Source: a virus | Lineage: Duplodnaviria; Caudoviricetes | DNA: 54,479 nt | IMG/VR virus record: IMGVR_UViG_3300027782_000111 | Coordinates: 1-54,479 of that record | Reading direction: 5' to 3' (one strand) | Shown: positions 10,698 through 21,169 of the stretch, one piece after another | Position numbering within the stretch: the stretch's first letter is position 1 | Layout: each line of letters starts with the position of its first letter | Notes under the pieces: generated by a model | Database searches by the model: none | Told to the model about the DNA's origin: nothing | Seen by the model: only the letters and a program-made list of their open reading frames with translations | Translations under genes and position numbers: made by a program

Positions 10698-12030
10698 CTT
10701 GTGATTCGTTATCTGCTGACCCAGCTAATGATAAAGCTGATGTATAAGGTGTATATTGATTAGGACCTACTTGAATATATTTTTTACCGTCTTTTCCAGT
10801 AACAACTTTATTAGCTGCTGGTCCATTTAAATTAGGTATTGCTTTTGGATTAAACTTAGTTTCTTTATCTATAGATGGTTTTTCACCTTTGAAAATATAA
10901 TTTTCATGTTTAGTTAATAATGCATTAAATTCAGCTTGATATTTTTGAGGATTTTGTAAATATAAAGTTTTAAATGCTCCAACACCATATTTTTTCTCAA
11001 AATCATCCACTGCTAATTTATCTACATCACGTCTTAATTTAGCTGTATTAACTGCAGAGTCACCTTTATTTTTAGCGCGGGCTACACCAATTTGTGTTTC
11101 AAGAGTAGCATTAGTTTTCTTGGCTTCAAAGTTATCTTTCTTAGCAGATTCTCTAAGCTCCATAGCTGTTTTAAAGTCACCAACAGATTCAGCATATTTA
11201 GCTTGGTTAAGTTTATTAATAGCATCACGATTTAAACGTTTAGCCGCAATAATGTTTTTATTCATTTCAGAAACAGCAGGACCTGCTTTAATTCCAGCTG
11301 CAGTAGCTCCTCTTAATACACCACCAGGAGTAGTACCAAAACCTTCAGCTAGTTTAAATAGAATGTCTGCTTGACTTGCTTTTTTAGTTTCTGCAATATC
11401 TTCTAGTGTTTGATCTTTTAAAGTTTTTTCTTGTGAAGCATAATAATTAGGATCAACAAAATTTGATTTAAGCGCTTGTGTTTCCATTTTTAATTCATCT
11501 GCTGTTGGAATATTAGGTATCGCCATTAATGCTGCAGATGGTTGGTCATAATAAGATTCAAAATCATAATCGTAGTTATAATTTTTAGGTGCTGTAACTC
11601 TATTACCTTTAGCAAAGGATATAATGCCACCGCCAGCAAAATTCTGTTCGTTATACATACCTTCATCAACAGGTAATGTAGCTACACCAGAGTCCATAGA
11701 TTGGGTAGGTGGTGCTTGAGTAGGTGCAGCTTGGTTAGTTAAACCCACAATACCTTGAGGTTGAGTAGATTCAACTAATTTATTATTAACTTGTTCAGCT
11801 ATAGTTTTAGTAGGACTAGGTTGCATTGTTTTAGAAGCTGATTTGTCACGAGCAACTGCACTTGCAGCTAAACTAACAAGTAACTTACCTTGAGAACCAA
11901 ATTCTGGAGGAGGGTTTTGACTATACTTTAATAGTATATTAGGATCTCTTTGTCCCGCCTGAATTAAATCATTTAAGGTTTTGTTTAAATCAATAGCGCC
12001 AGCATCGGGTTTATTAAAGTTACTAAACAT
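10690..12030 (-). CDS. putative ejection/internal virion protein
   Basis: 446 aa, Ala/Lys-rich and helical; position equivalent to P22 gp20; 8-bp overlap with the downstream gene. Confidence 0.55.
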   Translation of the reverse strand: MFSNFNKPDAGAIDLNKTLNDLIQAGQRDPNILLKYSQNPPPEFGSQGKLLVSLAASAVARDKSASKTMQPSPTKTIAEQVNNKLVESTQPQGIVGLTNQAAPTQAPPTQSMDSGVATLPVDEGMYNEQNFAGGGIISFAKGNRVTAPKNYNYDYDFESYYDQPSAALMAIPNIPTADELKMETQALKSNFVDPNYYASQEKTLKDQTLEDIAETKKASQADILFKLAEGFGTTPGGVLRGATAAGIKAGPAVSEMNKNIIAAKRLNRDAINKLNQAKYAESVGDFKTAMELRESAKKDNFEAKKTNATLETQIGVARAKNKGDSAVNTAKLRRDVDKLAVDDFEKKYGVGAFKTLYLQNPQKYQAEFNALLTKHENYIFKGEKPSIDKETKFNPKAIPNLNGPAANKVVTGKDGKKYIQVGPNQYTPYTSALSLAGSADNESQDD

Positions 12031-12039
12031 ATATTTATC

Positions 12040-13146
12040 CTATGATAAAGCTTTAGAAAGAGCAAGACCAGATAAACCTAAGCTGGCTATCTGTGATGCT
12101 GTACTTGGTTGTGGTGTATATTGTACCTGAGTAGAACCCAAAGCACCTGCATTACCACGAAGAATATTACTGAGCCATTCAACTTGTTGTTTTTGATAGT
12201 TATTTTGTTCATTAAATTGTTGATACTTCATATCATCAATTTGTTGTTGCAGTGCTTGTTTTTCACCTTCAGTAGCAGCTTGAGCTTTTAATCTTTCTAA
12301 GTTAGCTGTTTGTTCTGCAGTACCAAGAGCACCAAGTTTACCTGAAGTATCAATACCAGCAGCTAACCCAGCAAGACCTACATCTTTACCTAAACCAGCT
12401 GCATATTGTTGCCCTTGTTGAGATAATTGAGCCGCTTGCATTTGAGCCGCACGATCTTTTTCAAATTGAGCTTGTGCATTTTGATAAGCAGCTTCTTGAC
12501 CTTTAGCTCTAATATCACCTATTGTTTGCATTGCATTACGGCCTTGTTCAGCTTGTAATAACGCTTGACGCGCACCACCAAATGTTCCGCGACCAATAGC
12601 ACCTGTCATACCTGCCGTTTTATCCATAGCCGCTTTTCGTTCCGCTTCTCGCACTGCAATATCAGTTACATTAGAAGCATATGGAGACATATATGCCGCT
12701 GCAGCTGGAGCACCAAAAGCACCTGCTGTATAAGTAGTAGGAGAATATCCAAAAGCTTGACCTAATCCAGCAGCACCTGCGCCAAAACCCATAGTTTGAC
12801 CAGCAGTTAAGCCTGAAGTAGATTGTCCAAATTGACCTGGTGTTGTTAAACCCATTGTCGAAGCTTGTACACCTAATTGACCGGGTGTGAATCCAGCAAC
12901 ACGTTCACCTGTATAAGTAGGCATAGGTTTTACACCATTAACACCACCTTCAGCATCTGTAGCATAAACTTGCTTAGCTGATTGCTTCATTAACTCTTCA
13001 TAGTATGGCTTTGCATATTCAGGCAAGTTAGTAGAATAAGAAGTAGAGGTAGTATTACCACCACCACCGCCTGATTGACCACCACCATAAAATGTAAATG
13101 ACTCTACTAAAGAAGTCACCCAGTTAAATATGTTAATTAATTTCAT
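12040..13146 (-). CDS. putative ejection (pilot) protein
   Basis: Gln/Ala/Gly-rich; N-terminal leader then GGGQSGGGG; hydrophobic Gly-rich C-terminus; position equivalent to P22 gp7. Confidence 0.6.
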   Translation of the reverse strand: MKLINIFNWVTSLVESFTFYGGGQSGGGGGNTTSTSYSTNLPEYAKPYYEELMKQSAKQVYATDAEGGVNGVKPMPTYTGERVAGFTPGQLGVQASTMGLTTPGQFGQSTSGLTAGQTMGFGAGAAGLGQAFGYSPTTYTAGAFGAPAAAAYMSPYASNVTDIAVREAERKAAMDKTAGMTGAIGRGTFGGARQALLQAEQGRNAMQTIGDIRAKGQEAAYQNAQAQFEKDRAAQMQAAQLSQQGQQYAAGLGKDVGLAGLAAGIDTSGKLGALGTAEQTANLERLKAQAATEGEKQALQQQIDDMKYQQFNEQNNYQKQQVEWLSNILRGNAGALGSTQVQYTPQPSTASQIASLGLSGLALSKALS

Positions 13147-13556
13147 ATATCTTTCTCCACAACCATTCTAACGGTATTAAAGTTTGCTTTTAATTTATAA
13201 AGTCTTGCTTGAGCTTCTTGAGCCCATGCGCTTGCTTTTGTAGCACCCTGCGATTTAGCCCATGATTCTACTTGGCTAAACGTTTCATCATTAACAATTC
13301 CATTACCACCTAATGCAGTTATAAACATAACGCGATCATTAGGTCTATTTATAAATTCTACGGTCATAGCTCCATTAATAACATTTTTGTCATTAACTGA
13401 AACTAAAAGGGTTTGTTCGCCCCTTCCTAAACTAAATTTTAATTGGTCTAATGTAAAGTCACCACCGCTTACATTAATTGACGCGTTTAAATATTCTTTT
13501 ATATTTTCCCAAACATCAAATATATAGTTTGGTGCTACTACTTTAACTGTATTCAT
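13143..13556 (-). CDS. GNAT-like virion assembly protein (P22 gp14/T7 gp13-like position)
   Basis: 137 aa alpha/beta pattern (FITALGG...ESWAKSQGA...ARLY) immediately upstream of the ejection genes. Confidence 0.5.
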   Translation of the reverse strand: MNTVKVVAPNYIFDVWENIKEYLNASINVSGGDFTLDQLKFSLGRGEQTLLVSVNDKNVINGAMTVEFINRPNDRVMFITALGGNGIVNDETFSQVESWAKSQGATKASAWAQEAQARLYKLKANFNTVRMVVEKDI

Positions 13557-15241
13557 GCAGGCATGTATTTTTCAGGTTTAATTTGTTTACCTTGTTTAGT
13601 GTGACCTGTTCTAGCTTTTCTAACTCTATCTAACATAGAGTATAAACGTTTTGATCCTGCTTTAGTAGACCCATTACCAATATGACTTACAACATCAGCT
13701 GGTACTACAAACTCACCATCTGCTAAACGAGCGGGTTGTTTACCTTCTATTGTAGCAGGAATTGAATCACTCATACCATCACCAGCGCCATCTAAATAAC
13801 CACCTTTAGCATAACCTGTTCTAGCGCCAGTTAAGTTTTGTACAAACGCTGCTTCAGGAGGAACTGTTTGATTTTTCATAGCATTAGCAACATTAGCTAG
13901 TGTGCCTGGAGCATAGTTATTAGTGGGCATATTGCCAGAACCTATAGAACCAATACCTAAACTTCTTAATTGATTTTCATTATCTTGAGTTTTTGCTACT
14001 TCATTAAGCACTGATACTTCAGGTGTTGAAGGTTGAGCCGGAGCTGTTGTTGGATCTTGTAATTCTAAGTTAGCTACACCGCCTTCAGCATAGCCTAATG
14101 TTTTTGCGCCCTGCATAGATTCTTGTGAAGCTAATGTATTTAATCTTCCAATACCATATCCATCGGATGAAATATTTTCCATAGCTTGACCTTCTGGTCT
14201 ATTATATAAATCAGCTACTCCACCACCTACAGAAGGGTTACTTATAGTTCCACCAATAGCATATGAATTAATTGCTCCACCTTTAGCAACTAAACGAAGA
14301 CCTGTATCTTGGTTTAAGTTTAATCTTGAATAAGGATCATATTTTTGTTCTTTAGATGATGTTTGCATTGGTTCACCATATAAATCAGAGGGTTCTAAAC
14401 CACCAGTCACAGCTGCACCTGCAAATGGTAGTGCTGTTTTACCTAAAGCACCCATAGCAGAATCAGCGCCTATAGCTTTAGTATAAGCATCAATAGCTGC
14501 TTGATTTCCAGTAACAGAGCCTAAAGCACCGCGCCCTGCTTGTGATAAATTACCCATAAGTGTTGGGTCAGGTTGAATAGAAGCAGTATTATTAAAAGTA
14601 TTAGCCATACCAATTGGTTTGCTTTGAGCTAAAGCTTGTTCTAATGGCGTTCCTGAAGAAGCTCCTGATATAGCTGAATTAGTCATACCTGATTGAGCAG
14701 CATTAGTTAAGAGGGCATTATTTTGAGCTAAATCAGCGCCTGTTGTAGCAGCGCCACCAAAACCAGCACCTGTAGCTACATCAGGATTTACCCATCCACC
14801 TTGATAAGGAGTATTAGAAGCTAAATTAGCAGCTTCAGTAGCTCCTGGTACAGCAGCACCTGCAGCTTTTGCAGCACTCATAATACCTGCACCACTATAA
14901 CCACCAAGCCCACCAGTTATAGCACCTAATAATTTATTTTTGTTTGTTAACGCCCCTGTAGCAGAACCAGCTAATATACCTGTAAGCATAGGATAAGAAG
15001 CAAATTGCATGCCTGGAATCATAGAAGCAATACCACCTACTACTGTAGGAAGTAATGATTTAAAGAAACCCCCTAAGCTAAAGGCTTCAGGAAGACCTGT
15101 ATGTGGATTTATAGATAATGAACCACCCTGTGCCATAGCTAAGCCCTGAAGGCCAGCTACTTCTGAAGGGCTCATATGAACGAGCATTGAGTCGCCATTG
15201 CGACCTAATGATGCTAAACCTTGAGGGGATTGGTATGCCAT
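13553..15241 (-). CDS. internal virion protein, Gly/Ala-rich
   Basis: N-terminal GRNGDSMLVH...INPHTGLPEAF and C-terminal GDGMSDSIPA...LADGEFVVPADVVS blocks typical of this class of podovirus protein; several [YMV]AxGG motifs. Confidence 0.6.
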   Translation of the reverse strand: MAYQSPQGLASLGRNGDSMLVHMSPSEVAGLQGLAMAQGGSLSINPHTGLPEAFSLGGFFKSLLPTVVGGIASMIPGMQFASYPMLTGILAGSATGALTNKNKLLGAITGGLGGYSGAGIMSAAKAAGAAVPGATEAANLASNTPYQGGWVNPDVATGAGFGGAATTGADLAQNNALLTNAAQSGMTNSAISGASSGTPLEQALAQSKPIGMANTFNNTASIQPDPTLMGNLSQAGRGALGSVTGNQAAIDAYTKAIGADSAMGALGKTALPFAGAAVTGGLEPSDLYGEPMQTSSKEQKYDPYSRLNLNQDTGLRLVAKGGAINSYAIGGTISNPSVGGGVADLYNRPEGQAMENISSDGYGIGRLNTLASQESMQGAKTLGYAEGGVANLELQDPTTAPAQPSTPEVSVLNEVAKTQDNENQLRSLGIGSIGSGNMPTNNYAPGTLANVANAMKNQTVPPEAAFVQNLTGARTGYAKGGYLDGAGDGMSDSIPATIEGKQPARLADGEFVVPADVVSHIGNGSTKAGSKRLYSMLDRVRKARTGHTKQGKQIKPEKYMPA

Positions 15242-15279
15242 AAAGAAAAGTCCTTAATTTTGTCTAATAATATCATGTT

Positions 15280-15615
15280 TTATACGGCTTCACCACCAGA
15301 AACTGTGATTGTAGCCCCAGTTGCAGAAGCTTTAACTTGTAGTGTACCTCCAGCATTCATAATTTGAACACCTTGCCATCTGTATAAATCACGTGGGTAT
15401 AAAAGCCATTCATAAAATAAAGCATTTCCAGTACCTGCTGTACCACCACTTGGCACTAAATAAACTGAAACAGTAAGAGACGTAGCTGTTGTATTGCATA
15501 TATTAATGTCTTTTACATAGGTTCTTGTATTAACAGGCGTCGTATAAACAGTAGTATATCCTGTTGTTATCGCAGCTTGACCTAGTTGTAATCCTGTTAT
15601 ATTTTGAAATGCCAT
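15280..15615 (-). CDS. small beta-rich virion protein
   Basis: 111 aa, Thr/Val-rich, within the late operon. Confidence 0.6.
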   Translation of the reverse strand: MAFQNITGLQLGQAAITTGYTTVYTTPVNTRTYVKDINICNTTATSLTVSVYLVPSGGTAGTGNALFYEWLLYPRDLYRWQGVQIMNAGGTLQVKASATGATITVSGGEAV

Positions 15616-15804
15616 TTATAATCCCCCTAACCAATTCATTACGTTTAAACTATTAACCTGCTGAATAGTCTGAGTATTTGCGATGTCTAGTGTATTAAAA
15701 TAAAGACGTTCTGCATTACTAAAAGATTCTTGATACGTTTGACTATACGCAATTGTAGGTATAGGTAAGTTAGGTGCTTTAGTTTTTAATATATATTCAG
15801 CCAT
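15616..15804 (-). CDS. small tail protein
   Basis: 62 aa; TAATG coupling with the hub gene. Confidence 0.55.
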   Translation of the reverse strand: MAEYILKTKAPNLPIPTIAYSQTYQESFSNAERLYFNTLDIANTQTIQQVNSLNVMNWLGGL

Positions 15805-17804
15805 TAATTTCTCGTTCCGTCAGGACGTCCATCAATTCTTGGTAGACCTAGTTGCCATTGTGTACCTACTGTATCAGATGCAATCTTAAAGTTAATTTGA
15901 CGCCCGCGTGCCCTAATAAATACTTGGTTTGTATATTGATCAATGGTTGCTGTTGTTGTAACAATATCTGCTGCTGTAGTTTGTCCTTCTGCATTAGTAG
16001 TAGAGGACGCTGCGCCAGGGAAATTACGTACGCCTACAGTCATAGTAACTTCAGGTATAATTGGAGCACCCGTTACAGGATTAGTTGTTTCAGAACCTCC
16101 AAAGTTAACATCGGGAATTACACGACGAATTAACATATATTTATCGCCATCATTAATATCAACGTCCGCAGATTGAATATAAGAAGTAATAGGCAGTGGA
16201 GCAGCTCCTAAAGGTTGTCCATCATCTGTACCATTTTCATGCTGATATACCCAGCCGTTACCACTCGCATCACTAGCTAATGCAACGGGATTATTAAATA
16301 CGCCAGAATCAATCCACGCGGTTCTTTCTAGTTGACCATAGTACCAAATGTTTTCAAGGTAATTAAATACAACGTAGCGATCAATCTCATCAGAATTAGC
16401 TGAAGGATAGAACCAAATGATCTCAGTAAACTTATTATTAACACCCGCAAAAATAAGCGCACTTTGTGTATAGTTAATATCAGTAAATATGTATTGGCGT
16501 AATGTACAAGGTAATGTATCAACACGGCCAGAGTATGTATAGAAGCGATCACGCCCCATCCAGTAAGTAATATTGTTAGAACCTACAACTGCATTAGCAC
16601 CAATAATAGATATGTTGTGAGATAACTCTTGTAAACCAAATACTTCTTGTGTACCTAAATATTGAATAGAAGTCAACGAAGTATTAGTAAATACAAGCGT
16701 TTCTTGTCTAGTATTAATTGCCGTAACAATTCTTGAACCTGATTGAAGTCTTAAGAACCCTGCAGTATTAGTTACAGTAGGTTCCCAATTTTCTGGTTCA
16801 GGACCAATATCAGGATCAACGTTAGACCAACGAATAAGTAAAGGATCATAAGTACCTAAATAATTAGGAGCAGATTGTGTTGGGTCATAATTAGTGCATC
16901 CTAATGCAAATAAGAAACCTTGTGGCGCAAATAAAATCTTACCTACTTTTTGGGGTACAGCTATAGCACCAGATACAGAACTTAATAAAACTGCATCAGT
17001 AGTAAATGATGGATCAAAAGCCCAATAGTAAATAGATCCGCCTGTACCAGAAACTGTATCGTATTGAGTATTAAATACTAAGTCATTATTAAACTTATCC
17101 ATAAATATAAGTCTTGCAGGTTCAAATACAGGTGTAGTAGATCCAGAACCCCAAGTACCACGACTCCAAGTTGAAGTACCAAAACCATACCCTGCTGTAG
17201 TAATAGGATAGCCCGCTGGTAAATAAACTACTGCAGTAATAGCTGTACCACCTTGAGCAGAAGTAGTGGATGTAGCAGTAGTAGTTGCTTGGAAAGTAAA
17301 TGTATTTGCATCTAATGAAGTTACTTGAACCGATGTATTCATTTCTGTAATGGGTATACCACCTATTTTTTGAGGAGATCCTGTACCTACAATACCACTA
17401 AAGGTTACATAGGTTCCTGTTGTAGTACCATTACCCGTAATTGTTACAGTAACCGTTTTAGATCCGCTTGTTGTAGCGATACAATTATCTGTAGAAGGCG
17501 TTGTTGAATGGGTATATGTTGCATAAATAGGAGTTATATCATATAACGTTGTACCTGAACCTATATAAACCCTAGAATTAGTGCCGATCCCTAATAAATT
17601 AGATCCATTAGTTGTAGACCATGAAAATATAGACCGCGCAGAATCAGTATAAGCATTTAAGTTAGATACAGTCCAGCCACCAAATTTTTCAGGAAAGCCT
17701 GATCTGAATCTAGCTAATTGCATACCATACCAACCACCCTCAGACGCATAGTTAGTTTGATCTTTATTGATACCTGGTTTAAATACTAATTTACTTAATG
17801 CCAT
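15804..17804 (-). CDS. tail hub / packaged-DNA stabilization protein (P22 gp10-like, beta-propeller)
   Basis: 666 aa; MAL..LVFKPGI...EGGWY...RFRSGFPEK N-terminus, LIRWS motif, QLGLPRIDGRPDG C-terminus; position before the ejection genes. Confidence 0.7.
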   Translation of the reverse strand: MALSKLVFKPGINKDQTNYASEGGWYGMQLARFRSGFPEKFGGWTVSNLNAYTDSARSIFSWSTTNGSNLLGIGTNSRVYIGSGTTLYDITPIYATYTHSTTPSTDNCIATTSGSKTVTVTITGNGTTTGTYVTFSGIVGTGSPQKIGGIPITEMNTSVQVTSLDANTFTFQATTTATSTTSAQGGTAITAVVYLPAGYPITTAGYGFGTSTWSRGTWGSGSTTPVFEPARLIFMDKFNNDLVFNTQYDTVSGTGGSIYYWAFDPSFTTDAVLLSSVSGAIAVPQKVGKILFAPQGFLFALGCTNYDPTQSAPNYLGTYDPLLIRWSNVDPDIGPEPENWEPTVTNTAGFLRLQSGSRIVTAINTRQETLVFTNTSLTSIQYLGTQEVFGLQELSHNISIIGANAVVGSNNITYWMGRDRFYTYSGRVDTLPCTLRQYIFTDINYTQSALIFAGVNNKFTEIIWFYPSANSDEIDRYVVFNYLENIWYYGQLERTAWIDSGVFNNPVALASDASGNGWVYQHENGTDDGQPLGAAPLPITSYIQSADVDINDGDKYMLIRRVIPDVNFGGSETTNPVTGAPIIPEVTMTVGVRNFPGAASSTTNAEGQTTAADIVTTTATIDQYTNQVFIRARGRQINFKIASDTVGTQWQLGLPRIDGRPDGTRN

Positions 17805-18253
17805 TATTTACCTTCAAAAAGTGCTTTTTCATCTAACCTACGTATTTGTAGACCTTTTAGTATTTTACCACCTGCACGGCAGTATTTAATTAGCGATTCC
17901 ATAGCCGCCTTTTTATTGCCACGAAGCAACGCTTGACGGAGTGTTGATCGCTGAAATGTACCCAGGCCAAGGTTAAAGGCAAAAGATACAAGGCAATCAA
18001 ATTCACATTGTCGAAGAGGCACGTTAGGTAGCATCTTATGTATTCCAAGCTCAAAGCGTTTGAGATCTGATTTAAGAATTCCATCTATTTCTTCCTGCGA
18101 AAAAGTTCTGTTATAAGAATCAGGCAACAATTTGCCATCCCCGATAAGATGACCAACACCAACAGTCCACAAGTTTGCAGGACAACGATAGGGACGACTA
18201 CGCACACCCTCGTGGTGTTTGATAAGAGCGATGCCAGCTTTTGATACATTCAC
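17804..18253 (-). CDS. endolysin, phage lysozyme (GH24)
   Basis: IKHHEGVR..PYRCPANLWTVGVGH catalytic region, LVSFAFNLG, GL..RR..E C-terminus. Confidence 0.9.
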   Translation of the reverse strand: MNVSKAGIALIKHHEGVRSRPYRCPANLWTVGVGHLIGDGKLLPDSYNRTFSQEEIDGILKSDLKRFELGIHKMLPNVPLRQCEFDCLVSFAFNLGLGTFQRSTLRQALLRGNKKAAMESLIKYCRAGGKILKGLQIRRLDEKALFEGK

Positions 18254-18739
18254 TTATTTCTTTTCCCAAGTTCTAGCTCCAAAGTAGAATCCAATAATAG
18301 ATCCTACGATAGCCATTTCATCAGATGAAAATATAACATCCATAGACTCACGACTAAAACCTACAGTATTTACAGCCCAAATAAAACCAGCTATATCTAC
18401 AAATAAAAGTAGCCCTACAAAAGTAAAAGCAACAATAGGACGAACGCTTGCGTTAAGAGTTCTAACCCATGGTGCTGCGTCATGTACAAGTTTTGCATCG
18501 TGTTCATAAAGTGCTTGACGTTCTTGTGCGAATGTTTCTGCATACGTACCCTCCAATTCAATAGCTGCTATTTTTTCTTGAGATTGAAAACCTTTTTGAG
18601 CCATAAGTAGAGCTTGTTCATTTTGCAATTTAGCCATTTCACGTTCATGTGATTGGTCTCCTTTTTGTTGAAAGAACCCTAGGATACTTGGTAGGCCTGC
18701 AGTTGCAAAACCTAATATAGAGCTTAAGATACTAAACAT
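18254..18739 (-). CDS. holin (3TM/GTA-like)
   Basis: Hydrophobic N-terminus, WV..L.ASVRP..TM...IIGFYFGAR motif; adjacent to the lysozyme. Confidence 0.7.
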   Translation of the reverse strand: MFSILSSILGFATAGLPSILGFFQQKGDQSHEREMAKLQNEQALLMAQKGFQSQEKIAAIELEGTYAETFAQERQALYEHDAKLVHDAAPWVRTLNASVRPIVAFTFVGLLLFVDIAGFIWAVNTVGFSRESMDVIFSSDEMAIVGSIIGFYFGARTWEKK

Positions 18740-19011
18740 TATTTACCCTTTCTTTGCATATCGTGTTCTTCTAAAATTCTAATACGTACATTAAGTTCAC
18801 CCATTTGTGCTCTTAGTTCTTCTTTTAACTTAGCTCTAGCTTCTGCTGATATAGGGCTGTCAGTAGGTACACCTTGTTCTGTAATAAGGTTAGGCATTTT
18901 AGATTTAATAGCAATCAAGTCTGACTGAATAGATGCCATTGAAGTAAGTAGCCAAGCAATAGCCGAGACTATCACTGGAAACAACATACTAGCTAATTTT
19001 TCCATGTTCAT
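18739..19011 (-). CDS. membrane-anchored coiled-coil protein (lysis-associated?)
   Basis: N-terminal TM followed by a coiled coil; coupled to the holin. Confidence 0.55.
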   Translation of the reverse strand: MNMEKLASMLFPVIVSAIAWLLTSMASIQSDLIAIKSKMPNLITEQGVPTDSPISAEARAKLKEELRAQMGELNVRIRILEEHDMQRKGK

Positions 19012-19012
19012 A

Positions 19013-19081
19013 TTAACCCCCTAAATAATGTACCCAAAAGAGTAAAAAAATTGTAATTAAGATTCCAAATAGTAGTTTCAT
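19013..19081 (-). CDS. 22-aa hydrophobic micro-protein (MKLLFGILITIFLLFWVHYLGG)
   Basis: Fills the 19012-19082 gap exactly; ATG 1 nt after the upstream stop and stop 1 nt before the next ATG. Confidence 0.4.
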   Translation of the reverse strand: MKLLFGILITIFLLFWVHYLGG

Positions 19082-19082
19082 A

Positions 19083-19940
19083 TTAGAATGTAATAGTTCC
19101 TGAAGAAGTAAATTGATAAATTCTAGTGGTTGATGTGGTAATTAATGTTGGGCTTCCTGTAGTTGTAGCTGCACGATATGATATTGGATATGCAATAACT
19201 ACAACACCATTTGCACCATTTCCGTTGTAATTATAATCACCTCCTGGGAATACGCCACCACCACCACCCCCTGCACCAGTGCTAGGATATCCTGTAGTTG
19301 CATTACCACCGCCACCACCTACATTATAAGAGCCTGTTCCTGCGGGTCCACCACCACCGCCAGCTAAATAATATGTACCGCTACCAGGATTATATCCAGC
19401 AGTTGATCCTGTAATTGGGTTTGCTACTCCAGGGCCTGCAGCACCTTGGAATACACCAGCACCACCAGCACCACCTCCACCTCCGCCACCTACAGCTGGA
19501 CCTCCTCCACCGTCATAACCTTGACCTGGTGTACCAGTTCCACCTACTGGGCTGCCATTAGCTCCACCACCTGATCCACCATTTCCTAGCGCCCCTGGAT
19601 TGCTTCGTCCTGCACCAAAACCACCACCTATAGCGGTTAATGTAGTAAATCCTGATCCTGATAAAGTAGTATTTGTTCCACTGGTTCCATCGGCATAACC
19701 ATAACCACTTGCACCACCTTGACCAATGGTAATTGTATAAGTAACACCAGCTTTAAATAATTTAGATGTAGCAGTTAAATATCCACCTGCTCCTCCAGAA
19801 GCGCCAGCTTGTTGTCCGTTTACCCATCCTGTAGCACCACCACCACCAGCAACAATAACATATGTAATAGCAGGAAAACCGCCAGATGTAAATCCATAAG
19901 CTTTAGCAGAAGCAACAGCTCGTCTTGATATTAAAGGCAT
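19083..19940 (-). CDS. glycine-rich tail/adhesin protein
   Basis: YVIVAGGGG...GGAGGY...GTPGQG...GVVVIAYP...TGSPT...FTSSGT; paralogous to four other genes. Confidence 0.7.
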   Translation of the reverse strand: MPLISRRAVASAKAYGFTSGGFPAITYVIVAGGGGATGWVNGQQAGASGGAGGYLTATSKLFKAGVTYTITIGQGGASGYGYADGTSGTNTTLSGSGFTTLTAIGGGFGAGRSNPGALGNGGSGGGANGSPVGGTGTPGQGYDGGGGPAVGGGGGGGAGGAGVFQGAAGPGVANPITGSTAGYNPGSGTYYLAGGGGGPAGTGSYNVGGGGGNATTGYPSTGAGGGGGGVFPGGDYNYNGNGANGVVVIAYPISYRAATTTGSPTLITTSTTRIYQFTSSGTITF

Positions 19941-19949
19941 TACTTATCC

Positions 19950-21134
19950 TTATGCAAATTGCGTTTGTGAAGCTAATACTGTAAATGTAGCACTTGCTGT
20001 TTTAATAATTGTATATGTATAAATGTCAACACTTGAAGTATTACCTGATGTAGGCGCTGATCCACCTTGCCATTTTGGTGTAACAGTTGAACCATCTACT
20101 TGAACAACGTTATTATAATAAGCTGTTGCACCTTGTGTAGCCATGACTACTACGGTCACAGATTCTCCTGTAGCCATAGCACTATCTAGTGATGTACCAG
20201 AAGAAGCTCTTAAATTAATAGTCCAGTTACCTGTAGCAGACGCAGTTGAATAATATACAGACTGAGTTGTTACATCATAAGCTAAGGTAGAAGAAAGCCC
20301 TGTACCTGATGTAGTTACCGCTTCTAGTGCATTAATAAACTTAGCCGCTAAAATAGCTGAAGTGCCATTAAATGTTTGTTTAGCTGTAAATGTTGTTGCT
20401 GTACCTGGAGCTACATAATCTGTACCTGCTGTAGCATTAGCTAATGCGCCGCCTGAATTTGCTTTTAGAATAGCTGTACCTGAAGGAGGAGCTAAGTAAT
20501 CTGTACCTGCTGTAGCTGCAGTAAATGCTGATGTGCCGGATCCTTTAGCAAGTCCTGTTAGTGTAGCAACACCTGTACCGCCTTGTGCTACTGTAAGAGG
20601 CGTAGTTAATCCTGTTAATGATGTAATATCTGAGTTAGCACCTGAAGAAGCTGCGCTTAAATTTGATCTAGCTCCTGAAGCTGTTGTAGCGCCAGTACCA
20701 CCGTTTGCCACCGGAATTACTGTACCTGTTGCTAAAGATGTAACTACTTCTACTACGTTTGTACCTGTATTAAACACAATCATTGATTTACCGGCAGGCA
20801 CTGCAACGCCCGTACCAGTAGAATTCTTAACTGTAATATCGTATGTTAAACCATTATTAATGATGTATTGTTTTTCAATAGCAGGGACAATTAAGCTTTG
20901 AGCTGCTGCTACAGTGCCTGTTAAGTTTAAACGTAAGTTACGAGCAGTTTGAGCTGTATTAGTGTTAGTTAAAGTTAAGGTAACATCGGCACTAGAAAAA
21001 GAAACATCGGCCGTTCCTGTAATCGCTTCTTCAATTGCGGTACCTAAATTAGTATTTGTAGTTGTACCCCAAGTACCAGACTGGTCGCCTGTACCTATGA
21101 GTTCAATTTTAAGTGGTGAATAGGTGCTTGCCAT
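19950..21134 (-). CDS. tail fibre protein
   Basis: MASTYS.LKIELIGTGDQSGTWG N-terminus; VANGGTG/VAQGGTG and ATAGTDY repeats. Confidence 0.75.
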   Translation of the reverse strand: MASTYSPLKIELIGTGDQSGTWGTTTNTNLGTAIEEAITGTADVSFSSADVTLTLTNTNTAQTARNLRLNLTGTVAAAQSLIVPAIEKQYIINNGLTYDITVKNSTGTGVAVPAGKSMIVFNTGTNVVEVVTSLATGTVIPVANGGTGATTASGARSNLSAASSGANSDITSLTGLTTPLTVAQGGTGVATLTGLAKGSGTSAFTAATAGTDYLAPPSGTAILKANSGGALANATAGTDYVAPGTATTFTAKQTFNGTSAILAAKFINALEAVTTSGTGLSSTLAYDVTTQSVYYSTASATGNWTINLRASSGTSLDSAMATGESVTVVVMATQGATAYYNNVVQVDGSTVTPKWQGGSAPTSGNTSSVDIYTYTIIKTASATFTVLASQTQFA

Positions 21135-21169
21135 AATAAATCCTTTATTTTAGTTATCCGTATTATACC

